Source: Basidiobolus meristosporus CBS 931.73 (lineage: Eukaryota; Fungi; Basidiobolomycota). From it: a stretch of DNA of 63,068 nt. A program made the translations under genes and the position numbers. The notes beneath the pieces are model-generated. The model searched no databases, was not told the DNA's origin, and saw only the letters and a list, made by a program, of their open reading frames with translations. The DNA lies in assembly GCA_002104905.1 (NCBI GenBank), contig MCFE01000520.1, forward strand, positions 1-63,068. Direction: 5' to 3'. Shown here in pieces: positions 50,391 to 63,068 of the stretch. Numbering within the stretch: position 1 is the first letter of the stretch; the number at the start of each line of letters is the position of its first letter.

Positions 50391-51450
50391 TTACAAAAAT
50401 TGACCTACTACACCAACAGCCACTTCAGTATATGGATGTGAAGACATCTGCAAGTCCTTTATACCACAAATATTTCCAATACCCCAGAGTCCATGCCACT
50501 CATAACTTTGGCTACTTGCACTCTCTTGTACAGTTGCAAATAACTGTTTATTGGTAGTTATATGGTGTTCCTGCTCTGGTTTTGCTTTTTGCCTGCTTGT
50601 TTCTTCTTGCATTCTCTTGCCCAGTGTCCTAGCCGCTTCCAGTAGCTACAGCAACCAGGTCTTCTTTGGTTTTCCTTTGATATAGTCTAGAGTTAGATTG
50701 TCTTCACTGCTTCCAAAACACAACAGGAGTTGCCCATACTTGTGTGGTAAGCAGCAAAGCACACAGAGAATCTTTTATTCATCTTCAACACCAGCATCAA
50801 TACTGAAAAGTTCTTCTACAAGCATCTCCACTCTGGTAATGTGTTATTGTATGACAGCACCTGCCTTCTTCCCCATATTGTAGAACTTTTTGTTTTTAAT
50901 GAAGCATGTTTGATACTGACTTTGCTCTTAAGATCTTCTCCAAGGATTCCCATGGTGCTTGGGCAGTATTTGAAGCATGAGTTTGTCCATGGAAGGAATC
51001 TTGCACATTGATGCATATGGTATCAAAGGCTTTTCTCTCCCCCTCTTGAAACTTCTCCACTTCTTCTGCTGTTCCTTTAGGCTCAACTTCTTTTTCTGTT
51101 ACTATACTCCACAGCTTTCTTTCCTCAATACGGATTTGTTTCTTGACTATCCAAAGTCTGCAGTTCTTTCCATCAAACTGCTCCATTACAGGGAAGATGT
51201 TTGTATTATTCTGCTTGCTGGTACATGTCATTCTTAGAATAGTGTAAGGTGACTAATGCTCATTAGCTGTTGCAATTTAAGGAGTGATTTGGATTTAAGA
51301 AACTTATTGAGTAATAGGGATAGTTGTTGAGCTGTTATTTATTTGTAAGGAAGCTCAGGATTCATACCTTTGCAGAAGTAGCAGAGCTGTATCAGGAAGT
51401 TAGGAGAGCTTCTCAACACTCAGGAGCATTCTGTAATAGTCTCAAGGCTA
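50391..51450 (-). mobile_element. Ty1/copia gag remnant with partial LTR H (51268-~51450)
   Basis: FDGKNCRLW..KLWSIV copia gag N-terminus and a degenerate knuckle CSYWKRLGHWARECK; LTR end TGTTGCAATTTAAG. Confidence 0.75.
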
Positions 51451-51454
51451 GTAC

Positions 51455-54400
51455 ATAGTGGTTATCATCCCATCTCCACTATTGCATGATTTGCTTATTC
51501 TGTATTGTCTGCAAGTCATGCAAGCTTGAGTCTGCCTGTATGAACTAAATTATCCCAGACATTCCCTTGTTTGTCCACCCATTGGTAAGTTGCAAATGTG
51601 CATTCTCTGATGAGCCTGAAAGGTCCTGTTCATTTTGGCTCAAACCTCTTCTAAGTGTTATTTCTCAGCAACACATAGTTCCACACTGTTAATACTTCTG
51701 GTGATATAATCTCATCAAATCTGTGCTTCATCTTTTCTGAGCTCTGAGAAACTTTGGTCTGTGCCTGCTGATGTCTTTGCTCCATGCTGACTGATTTCAA
51801 CTTCTGAGATGACTGTAAGCTTTCAATGTGTGTGATCCCCTGGAATCCTTGGTTCACATGTATACACTAAGTAAAATGGAAATTGTTGAGTGGTGTTGTG
51901 TACTATAAATCTGCATGCAGAAAGTGCTTGCTCTATGTACTCATCCCATCTACTGACAGCTCCATTTCCATACTTAGTTAGCATTTTTCCATATACTCCA
52001 TTAAGCTGCTCAGTGACACCATTAGCTCTAGGGTGCCATGCCAAAGTTCTCAAGTCTCTAATCCACTGTGTTTCCAAGTAAGCTTTCAATGCCTCTAACA
52101 TAAATTTTGCTCCTCTATTGGATAAAATCTCTATAAGGCATCCCAGCTTCATATGGATCTCTTAGCAGATGAAACTTGTCATTTCTTGCTCACTAGCTGC
52201 AGGTACAGCTTTAGCCACTGACTATTTAGCCTCATGGTCAATAGCTACTAGGATTCATTGGTTACATTTCTTAAAGGTTGACTGCCTTCCAATAAAGTCA
52301 ATTCCCCATCTCTCAAATGGTTTTACTGGCTCGATGGGAAAGAGTTCAGCAATTCTCTGTGGTTGGCCTTGGTTGATTTGGCAATGTGATCATGTTTTTA
52401 CTGACTTTTCAATGACTTGCTTCATTGTGTGATACCATTCTCTAACTTTCACAAGGCTACAGGTACCTCCAATTCCAAGATGTTGATATCCATTGTGTAG
52501 CTTATGTATTAAATCCAGGTGAGTAATACAAGGGCAATGGGTAACAGGACTTCCATTAACAATTTTGTAATGTGTTTCATCATGTACCACAATCTTGCTG
52601 GCTTCATCCAAGATTATCTCCATGATCTCTTCTTCCACCTCATCAGAAATGGTTTAGTCCTCCCAGTACTGTGGTAATAAACTGGGCCAATCCAATTCAT
52701 GCACCAAGTTGAGTTGTGCAATTTGTTCTAGTCTTGATAAGGCACCAGCAACTGTATTGTTTCTTGCAGGGCAGTATATAATCTCCAAGTAAAATTGCTG
52801 AATATATTAACTGACTCCTATTGTTCTTCTATATAGCACCTTTGGAGTAAACATATACCTGAACGAGGTGTGGTGAGTTGTCACAGCGCACTTTACTGCT
52901 ACAATATGGCATCTCCAGGTATTCAAGCAGGGTTTTATGTTAAGCATCTCCTTCTCATGCACTATGTAGTCTTGTTCTGCTGAGTTCAATTTCCTGAACT
53001 CAAATGCAACTTGGTAGTCCGTTTCCTCTTGTTCTTGGCTCAATACTCCACAAATTGCATAGTGTGAAGCATCTGTGCACAGAGTAAACTCTTTTTCAAA
53101 GTCTGAGATTCTTAAGTTGGGCAGCTTGGCAAGTTCATTCTGGAGATCGGAAAGGCAGTCTCAGAGGCTATGTCCTACTTCAAGGTGTTGTCTCTCTGGA
53201 GAATAAGTTAAAGGTTCTGCAATACCTGCAAAGGACTTGACAAATCTCCAATAATAAGAAAATATTCCATGAAATGATCCAAGTTCTGATATGGTATGAG
53301 GCTGCTTCATGTTCTTGATGACTTTCACCTTCTTTGGGTCTAAAGTCACTCCTGTGCTAGTCCCTATGTGTCCTAGGTTTTCAAAATTCTCCTTGAAGAA
53401 TGCATGCTTTGCTAGCTTGCCATATAGCTTGTTCTCTCTGAGACTTTTCAAGACCTTTTCAATATGCACAAAGTTCTCCTCTTCTGTCTTGCTGTATATC
53501 AATATGTTATCTAGGTGTATTACCACTAACTTGTCTAGTACTCCAGGAAGACTGTTTGCACTAAGGTCATGAATGTTGCAGGGGCATTGGTAAGGCCAAA
53601 ACTCATGACTAAATATTTGTAATGTCTATATCTGGTCCTGAATGCCATCCTAAGGATGCCGTCTGGTTTTTGTTGCAATTTAAGAAGTGATTTGGATATA
53701 AGGAACTTATCAAGAAATAGTGGTAATAGTTGAACTATTGTTTATTCATAAAGAAGCTCAGTTTTTATACCTTTGTAGAAGTAATACAACTGTAACACTA
53801 AGTAGGGAGAGTTTCTCAATATTCAGGATAATTCTGTAACAGTTTCAGGGTTAGTATATAATGCTTGGTAATAGTGCTAATTTGATCCTGACTATAGGGG
53901 AATAATCATTAGATCATATATCTGGAGAAAGTGGCAAAGTTAAGGCAGTAAATGAGTCCTACAGTGACTAAGACTAGTCTAGAATTGTTAAGTAAATTTT
54001 TAGCTGCTGAATGATACCAAATAGTTCAATATTTCAACAGTTTTTCCCCAATCTGGTTAAATCCTGCAATGAGGTCAATCTTGCTCAATATAGTGGCTCC
54101 ATTAAGTTGGTCCAAAAGCCCATTTATCAGAGGTATGGTGTACTTATTCTTCACAGTAACTGAGTTGAGGGCTCTGTAGTCAATGCATATCCTGAATGCC
54201 CCATCCTGCTTTTATGCAAGGAGTACTGGTCTCTGGAAGGTGACTCATTTAGTCTGATATATCCTTGATCCAATAACTGATCTATATGTCACTTGTTTCA
54301 CACACACTGGAATTGATCAAGTTGAAGTCCAGACTGGCAGGTAATAGCTGATAGGTCTTGTTGTTCTTCTGGGTCTTAGTAGGATTGGTTCTCCAGTTGA

Positions 54401-55942
54401 CCAATGGTTTACAACAAAATAGCCAGGTTTTCAGCGTACAGAGTCAAACTTGGAGTTCACAAATATTTTGGCCTATAGATCTTCTTCATAGTTATTAACC
54501 ATTGTTCTTGCTGGCCAAGTAATATGGTCAATTATGTGAGAGTTGCCATCAGCTGTTGAGACTGAAGTTGTTTTGGTGGGTCCCAAGTTAATTGCAGCTT
54601 TCAAGGCAAATTGCTCTGGTATGCACTCATTCAATGCTCCTGAGTTAATCATGATCTTGGCAGGTACTCCATAGATTACTCTATTCAAGTAAAATAGCTT
54701 TTCTAAGCTTGAGGTCATATGGGATGGGTATTCTCTGTTATGTGAAAGGTGAGTTCTGATTCTTCTTGAGTGCTCCCTCCAGGCTACTTTGCTTGAGGGC
54801 TTCAATATTGTTGAAGGTTATTGTTGACTCATATCTATTTCTTCTATGAGGGCAGTACATTGCAATACATCACTGCTGGTGGCAACTAAAGCAAAGTTCT
54901 TTCTTTTTTCATTGGCTTCTTCACTAGTCTGATGTCTTTGATAATTCACTTCCTGAGATGTTATTTCCATCAACCCATCAATAAAGTATTCAACCTGACC
55001 CAGGGAGTCCATTCATTCAATTTTTCCAAGTAGACCTTGGTCATCATTGTTGTAGTCTTGAATCATTCATTTCTGTCTAAGTGTCTTCAGCTTCCTTTGT
55101 AGTAGGGTTTGCTAGTGTGGAGGCTCCAAAGCATCCTGAATTTCCAACACAAACTCATCCCTGCTAGAAATTGTAGAACATCCCACCATGGGAATTGACC
55201 TGATATTGTTGTAGTGCCACCGTAAGGCTGCATCTGCTAAGTAAGAAGTTGCATAATACAACTTGCTCTCTGGAGCAATTCCCTTGGCCTCAAAAGCTTC
55301 TTCAATCTGGAAGTTCCAAGTTCCCAGTTTTTCATTGATTCTACCATAGTGTTGTTTGACTCCCACAATTGCTCTTGCCTACTAGTTGCTCTTGACAGGG
55401 TAGTGCTGGCCCAGGCCCATAGTAGTCATTACTTGTTGCTGCTGGCTAAGGATCTGGAGTAAATGTTGCTGTTGGGCTAGGATTTTGCATAGCATTCTTC
55501 CATTCTTGATTTTTGGACATCTTGAGGGTGGCTACTTCTATCTTCAGGGGAATGTTTCTGGTTTTTGCTGATACCAACGTTACAAGTCTTGATATAGGAG
55601 TTGTAGAGGAATGGGGAGTATAGCTAGTATTGTATTAACCAAAGCTTAAACTCCTTTTTCTTGAGGTTTCAGCAGCTCCAAATTTTCTTTTTGCCAGATC
55701 AGTTGCTAACTAAGTGTATTTCCAAATAAAGATTGTTGCTGATGAATCATTTGATTGCATCATCATCACCCAATTGCATCTTACTTAAAGTATCTATTTC
55801 TGTCTGATAAGGATTTGCTGATCGATCTGCTGACTAATACCACTGATTTGATAGATAGCACTGATTTACTGATAGGATTAATATAAAACTAATTGATTGA
55901 CTAAAAACTAATATAACTTTACATTCAAGCAGTAGATCATAA
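51455..55942 (-). mobile_element. Heavily decayed near-complete family A copy with 5' LTR (~55578-55942)
   Basis: Collinear gag, PR, RT, RH and IN fragments matching 40866-46130; degenerate PBS TGGTATCAGC. Confidence 0.85.
53671..54039 (-). mobile_element. Solo LTR family H (copia)
   Basis: TG...CA, 369 bp, 5-bp TSD GTTTT, interrupts the RT of the decayed A copy. Confidence 0.88.
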
Positions 55943-55959
55943 AAGTTTTCTGCCACGTT

Positions 55960-56665
55960 CTTGATGAGCTAAGATACCTCTAAAGCTGTATCCTTTGTTT
56001 TGAGGAAGTACACCCATATATATCCGTTACAACTAACTGTTCATCTGTAGTTATATAGTTTGTCTGTTCTTGTTTCAGTTTTTTGTCTACTTGTAGTTGC
56101 TTGCATTTTCTTGTCCAGTGTTCTGGCCTCCTACAGTGGTTGCAGCTACCGGATTTAGTTTGGTTTTGCTGCTTTCCCTTCTTTTTTCTGTGCCTTTCTG
56201 AGCTGAATAAAGCAGTATCTTCAATTCTCTCTGCTGGATTATTATATGTGATTTCTTCCTGGAGGAGCCTTCCTTTGACAAAGTGTAGGGCCATATTGTC
56301 TTCTCTGATTTCAAAACAAAGTATGAGTAGCTCATATGTGCGGGTAAGCTGCAAAGCAGGCAGAGTTTCTTTTCTTCATCATCTAGGCTAGCATTATTAT
56401 TGTTAAGTTCTTCTGTATGCTTCTCCATTCTGGTAATGAGTTGTAGCATGTCATCCTCTTGCTTCTTTCTTGTGTTGAGGACTGTCTTTTTAAATACAGC
56501 TAGCTTAATACTGATGAAAGTAGGTGAATAATCATAAAATCATAGATCTGAAGAAAGTGGCAAGATTGGGGCTGTAAGTTAGTTCTGCAAGGATCAAGAC
56601 TAGTTCTGAATTGCTACGTAAACTTTTAGCTGCCAATTGATACCAAGTAGACCAATATTTCAACT
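55960..56665 (-). mobile_element. Second Ty1/copia gag remnant plus partial LTR H
   Basis: LCLLCSLPAHM and CNHCRRPEHWTRKC knuckle; 56520-56665 matches LTR H. Confidence 0.7.
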
Positions 56666-56832
56666 GCTTTATCTTTGGTCATTGTTATTTTGCTTCAAAG
56701 ACTGTGCAGTGTTCATCTGCCATCACATTGAAAAATGACTAAATAAATGGCTGTGGCATTGAGTTATTTGAGTTCTTTCTTTGTTGTCTACTACCCATAT
56801 TTTTGTCTCATATGATTAATACTATCCAAATG

Positions 56833-57098
56833 CTATATACATTTTGCCAGATCAATTGCTGACTAATTGTATTTCTTAATGTAGGTTGTGGCTGATGACT
56901 CATTTGATTACATCATCATCACCCAATAGGATCCTACTTAATATATCTATTTCTGTCTGATAAGGATCTGCTGATTTGTTTGCTGACTAATGCTACTGAT
57001 TTCATAGATAATACTGATATACTGATAACCTAAACATATACTAATTGATTTGACTAAAAACTGATTGAACTTAAACATTCAAGTTGCAGATCATAACA
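56833..57098 (-). mobile_element. Truncated LTR family A
   Basis: Matches the right two-thirds of 40488-40855, ending GATCATAACA. Confidence 0.88.
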
Positions 57099-57099
57099 A

Positions 57100-59681
57100 C
57101 TTGAAGGGCTCATTTAACTTGAAATGCCCCATGTATAACTTGGTCATCAGTATAGGGATATTATTGAAAAGCAAATGCATTGCCTACAGTTGAAAGCTTT
57201 TGCTCCAACACATACCCTCTATCTTGAGTATCTCTGGTTTGCATTTGATTACATATTCTGCCCAATGGCCCATAGCTTGCATACTTTGCTGCAATTGCAT
57301 GCTGACTTCTGTACATTCTCTGTGGGAAGATAATGTTCTTAGAGCTGGTGTATGGGTAATAATACTTTGTGTGAGTTATGGAGTAAATCCCCTGGATCTC
57401 ACACATTTGACAGCAATACTGTCCATTGTGCCAAGAAAACCTGCTACCCCAATGCAGATAATAATATGCACTTTTACACAAGGGCCATTTAATGTTATTG
57501 TACTGAAATGCATGAAAAACTCTTCCAGCAATGGGTACATGTAGCTATCCAGGTTGGATGGTGATTTAGGCCCAGATCCAGTGAGACTACCATCAGATTC
57601 TTGCTCTGATACTGTATGATTGGTGGCAGATTCAGGTTGATTGGAGTCTGTGGCCAGCAGAATTTGCTAACAGATTACTTGCTTAATGAGGCTCCATCAA
57701 GCACTAAGGCAAAGGCATGGTCATATATATCTTCAAAGTAGCCCTTGCTTCCTAGCTGTTTGTAATGTTTGGCATCAAGTATATCCAATCTGTGTGTGCC
57801 TGATTAATGCTGAGTGCAGTACTTTGTAGCTTCACAATATTTGTTGGACTACATTAGCTTCTGGAGATGGGTTATTATTGGAATACAACTGGAGTGTGAG
57901 CAATGTTTTCCCTCAATGTTGGTGGACTCCTGACAATTTGGACACGCTCCAATGGTAGCATATTTGGATGTGAACGCCATGCAACTTTTAACATATGCTC
58001 AAATCAGAACAGTCTCTGGGTCATATGGTACCAGCAGCATGATAGTTGTCCACTTGTACTATGTACATGGTAAGTTGCACCCCAGAATGATTTTGGCAAA
58101 AAGTAGTAATAAATGCTCAAAGCCCCCATTACTAATATTGATGAAAATGCACCACCTCTCTAGCCACAACATTACATCATTCACAAGTAGATGCATTACT
58201 GGGCTCACTTGGCTCCATAAAGTATTCTTGGCATTTGTTTCAACAGGTGTTGTCTTATTGCATATTGGGACTTGACCAGGCTCATGTGTGGTATTGTTGT
58301 CAGGGGAGATAGGCTCACAATCCATCCGTGAAACCTTCTTTGTTGGAGCTATCACTCTGTGTGCCATATTCAGAAGTCTGAGGTGAGCATAAAGGTGTCA
58401 CAAACTCACCTGACTCAGTTTGCACAAGGTGACAAAGATGGCCAGGTGCTGATATAGAAGTATCAACTGGCTTGCAAGATAATGTTAGTACAGCCATGAC
58501 TAATGAATGATTAAATATGACTTGTGTGGCAAAGCACTGGCCATAATCCTTGTAGTACTTCCTATGCTATCTAAGTACTTTGTGTCTGAGAGGCCTGCTA
58601 CAATAGCCACATGGTCTTTTTTCTCTTCTCTTATAACATTGATTCAAAGTACTCTTGTCCCAGGGGCAAGCTGTGTGACCCTCAGCAAAGTAATGCTATT
58701 ATATCCCTTTTTTGTTAATACCCACAAAATTTAAGACAGTCTTGCATTTGAGACATTACACCTACATTATTGTACAATTATATGATGACTTACCATATTA
58801 AGCATAATAAATTAAATTGTGGCACCACATACACATGCATATGTAACACTATTCCCCCTTTGGTTTGACTCACTTCAATATGTATGCCACCAAAAAATTA
58901 AGCAAAGTTGTCTGGCTCCCAACCAAACTCCACCGCTGACAGCAACGGAAAAATGCTTGGAAAACAGCATGCTTTGACAATCAGTGCAACAAGCAGGGCT
59001 ACATTCAAAAAAGACAATGTTAACAGTGTGTCCACTGAAGGTAATAATGCATACTCCTCAAGCTCTCAGTCAAGTAAGCAATTGAGAACCAGTTGAGATA
59101 TTGGACTATTAGTTATCATTCAGCAGCTAAAAATTTACTTAACAATACTAGACCAGTGTTGGTCACTGTAGAACTAATTTGCAGCCCCAACTTTGCCGGT
59201 TTCTTCACATCTATGCTCCTATGACTATTTTGCTATAGCAAAGATCAAATTAACACTTTTTACCTAACATTATATACTAACCCTGACACTGTTACAGAAT
59301 GCTCCTGAACGTTGAGAAACCCTACTTACCTAGTGTTACAACTGTATCACTTCCACAAAGGTGTAAGTACTTTTCCTCTTTATGAATAAACAACAGTTCA
59401 ACTATTATCACTATGTCTTGATAAGTTCCTTATATCAAGATCACTTCTTAAATTGCAACAGAACCCCTGCAGAGCCACAAGCCAACCATTATGCTCAGGA
59501 AGATGAGAATGTAGCAAATGCAGTACCCTCACTTGAAGACCAGCAAGTAGCTGTCATAAAATTGCCCCCATCCTTATTAGCAAGTGTGTTGTCAGCTCAT
59601 ACCAAAGCATTAATGAAGCAATTAGGGGCAGTGGCTGATAGGATAGATGCAATGGACCAGAGATATCCGGAAATAGTGCAG
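57100..59681 (-). mobile_element. CACTA/EnSpm-like remnant, inverted relative to 25353-27807
   Basis: CPNC..., DILDAKHYKQL..FEDIYDHAFALVLDG, GPKSPSNLDSYMYPLLEEF, HNGQYCCQMCEIQG (Transposase_21-like). Confidence 0.7.
59091..59460 (+). mobile_element. Solo LTR family H (copia) in the CACTA accessory ORF
   Basis: Reverse complement of 53671-54039; 5-bp TSD GAACC; empty site in the homolog near 26270. Confidence 0.85.
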
Positions 59682-62097
59682 TATTATGATCTGCCGCTTG
59701 AATGTTTAAGTTAGATCAGTTTTTAGTCAAATCAATTAGTATATGTTTAGGTTATCAGTATATCAGTATTATCTTTGAAATCAGTAGCATTAGTCAGCAA
59801 ATGAATCAGCAGATCCTTATCAGACAGAAATAGATATATTAAGTAGGATCTTATTGGGTGATGATGATGCAATCAAATGAGTCATCAGCCACAACCTACA
59901 TTAGGAAATACAATTAGTCAGCAATTGATCTGACAAAATGTATATAAGGAGCTGCTGGAACCTCAATAAAAATCAGTTCAAGTTTTAGTGAATACAATAC
60001 TAGCTAAACTCCCTATTCCTCTACAACTTGTATACCAAGACTTGTAACATTGGTAGCAGCAATAACCAGAAACCTCTCTCCTGAAGAAAGAAGAAACCAC
60101 CCTCAAGATGTCGGACAATCAAGAATGGAAGAATGCCATGCAGCAAATCCTGGCCCAACCGCAACAGCTACTCCAGATCCTCAGCCAACAGCAACAAGGA
60201 ATGACTACCATGGCTCAGAGCCAGCAAAGCCCTGTCAAGAGCAACTTTAGTGTGAAGGTCATCCGGTACCATGGCAGAGTCAATGAAAACCTGGGAACTT
60301 GGCTCTTTCAGATTGAAGAAGCTTTTAAAGCTAAAGGAATTGCTCCAGAGAGCAAGTTGCATTATGCAGCTTCTTACCTGGCAGATGCAGCTTTACAGTG
60401 GTACCACAACAAGATCAGGTCAGCTACTATGATGGGATGCTCTATAATCTTGACCTGGGATGAGTTTGTGTCGGAAATTCAGGATGCTTTTGAACCTCCA
60501 CACCAGCAGACACTACTAAGAAGGAAGTTAAAGACACTCGGACAGAAAGGAATGGTGCAAGAATACATCTATGAATACAGATGTCTACTTGGACAAATTG
60601 AAAGAATGGACCCCTTGGATCAAGTTGAATACTTTATTGATGGGTTGAAAGAAAGAACTCGCAAGGAAGTCAATTACCAAAGACCTCAGACTATTGAAGA
60701 AGCCATCAAGATTGCCATTGACTATGACTCAGCTATGTTTGGAGTTGGGAAGCCTACAGTGACTAATCAGAAAGGCTATAATCATTATGAAAGAAGACAA
60801 TCAGCAGCAGTACTAATGGAAATAGACGCTATGCAGAAGAATCCCTCCTCAGAAGAATGCAAGAAGAGAGGACTTTGCTTCAATTGCCACCAGCAGGGAC
60901 ATATTGCAAAGTACTGCCCTCAGAGAAGAAATGGACACCAGCCAACAAGAACCTTCAACCATATTGAGTCCCATGAACACAGTAATGTGGAAGATGAGCT
61001 TGAAGAAGACTCGGAACTCACCTTCCATATGACAGAAGAGTACTTGTCCCAAATGACTTCAAACTCAGGGAAGTTATTGTACTTGAATGGAGTGATCAAT
61101 GGAGTACCTGCCAAGATCATGATTGACTCAGGAGCATTGCATGAGTACATGTCAGAGCAATTTGCTTTGAAAGCTGGAATCAACTTGGAACCTACCAAAT
61201 CAACTTCAGTTTCCACAGCTGATGGGAACTCCCACATAATCAACCGTATTACCCAGCCAGTAAGAATGAAGATCAATGACTATTAAGAAGACCTACAGGC
61301 TTATATATTTGGGAACTGCAAGTTTGACCTTGTACTTGGAAAAACCTGGCTATTTTGTTGTAATCCATCAATCAACTGGAGAACCCATGCTACTCAGATC
61401 CAAAAAGACAACAAGACCTATGAGCTATTACCTGCCATGCTGGATTTCCACTTGATCAATTCCAGTGTGTGTGAGACAAGTGAACTTAGCAAGACCCAGT
61501 TCTGTAGAGCACTTAGAAAAGGTACCAAGATGTTCCTCATGGCAGTATTACAGGAGGATTCCTCTACCCCAGCACCCCAACAGGTCCAGACTCTCTTGAA
61601 GAAATATTCTGACGTGTTCCCAGATGAGCTTGTAAGCCTACCACCAGTCAGAGACGTGGATCATGCCATTGACACAGGAGATAGCCCTCCAGTGAGCAAG
61701 ACACCTTACAGAATGAGTCCATTAGAATTGGAGGAAATGAAGAGACAAATTGATCAGCTATTGGAGCAAGGATACATCAGGCCCAGCAAGTCACCCTGGG
61801 GAGCACCAGTGCTTTTTGTGAAAAAGAAGGATGGAACACTTAGGATGTGCATTGACTACAGAGCCCTGAACTCAGTTACCGTCAAGAATAAGTACCCCAT
61901 ACCTTGGATTGATGAGCTTTTAGACCAACTTAATGGAGCCACTATTTTCAGCAAGATTGACCTCATGTCAGGATACAACCAGATTTGGGTGAAGCCAGAA
62001 GACATCCCCAAGACGGCATTCAGGACCAGATATGGACATTACAAGTACTTAGTCATGAGTTTTGGCCTCATCAATGCCACTGCAACATTCATGACGC
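59682..62097 (+). mobile_element. Young family A element, 5' part (LTR 59682-60049, PBS 60051-60060, gag-PR-RT)
   Basis: Near-identical to 40488-46496; uninterrupted gag from 60108, stop at 61284-61286; RT cut by LTR B. Confidence 0.95.
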
Positions 62098-63068
62098 TGT
62101 AGTGGGGTGACAGTGACACCCACTGACAGATGTGCTCATTCCCTTATTTTCTACTTCCCTATATCCCTACTACACTCATTTTAGTTTTATCCCATTTTGT
62201 CTTACCCAATCAGTACTATCCCATAAGCCGGTTGACTATCACACCTGCTACCTTATTGCATAAGTTACCCCTCACTTTATGTAAGATTACTAGTTACAAG
62301 TTCTTCTATATTAGGCAAGTACCCGCGCCAGTACCCGTGACACATGATCAACCCGTGTCACCATCCCTACCATTTCCATACCATATATGGTATCCCCATG
62401 TTACACAGGTTTCAGAATACTGATTCCTGATTGGTTGGATGTGCTGTGCCTCTTAGAACCTTCCGGCACCCACTTAGAACATTCTTAGGTCATTCTGATG
62501 TCATTAAGATTTCTATTGATATCCGGAACCTTCTGGAACACCATGATTAGTAATCACTTAGCCAGTAAGAAAAGTATATAAGGGAGGCTATCCCTCAACA
62601 ATAAATCATCATCCCTTTTATCAATATACCAACTTGTTGATTAGTGTGATCACTGCTACCTGCTGCTACCTGAACTTCCAACCCTAGACCACAGGACACT
62701 CCCAGGAAACCGTGCTGACAGCCAACTGACCTTGGAGGCACTACTTGTGAGGAATACTCAGAGTAGGTATCTTTTATTATATTTGATTCTTTCCCAAGTT
62801 TGTTCTTGTACAGGCAAAAATACTTTTCTGTCTTTGTAACTATTGACCAAAGCTGCATTCTTATCAAGTCCCTGCTGGTGGAGTTTACAGTTGTTTTGAC
62901 TTTGGAAGCTTTAGTACATTGTCATCTCAAAGGACGCTGAACCCAGCACATACTTTTGTTAAGACGCCAACTAAGTTGGGGATTGTAGCTCAATAGTTTT
63001 CCCTTGACAAGCTTGTGGCTTTATTCCCCTTCACATTAGATTAGAGACAGAACCCAAGTATTCCTAGC
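62098..63068 (+). mobile_element. LTR family B inserted in family A RT, runs off the window end
   Basis: Starts TGTAGTGGGG and aligns along its length to 44844 onward. Confidence 0.92.

Overview
Eukaryotic, most likely early-diverging fungal, genomic DNA in two sharply different halves; the taxon is inferred from short 50-70 nt GT-AG introns, fungal-type genes and a retained TOP3B. Bases 1-18.4 kb are gene-dense and CpG-rich: CAF16-like ABC ATPase, a two-exon secreted peptide gene missing from the ORF track, xylulokinase, Naa38/LSMD1, a C2H2 factor, a Pcl-type cyclin, NAT9, NDUFB11, TOP3B, an APC amino-acid permease and its deleted pseudogene copy. Bases ~18.4-63 kb are AT-rich and CpG-depleted, with no recognisable host gene. 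They form a nest of transposons: Ty3/Gypsy family A (one full-length young copy, several decayed copies and solo LTRs), a self-priming chromovirus-like Gypsy (E, with LTR C), LTR families B and D, Ty1/copia remnants (LTR H), CACTA-like remnants and a PIF/Harbinger-like element. The best leads are the hidden Kex2-type peptide gene, an 11-nt self-priming PBS, an intron-like module conserved between two retroelement families, CpG-centred 4-bp target sites of LTR B, and a composite Harbinger with mismatched ends. Family letters are my own labels. All alignments and coordinates were read by eye, and boundaries of decayed elements are approximate.
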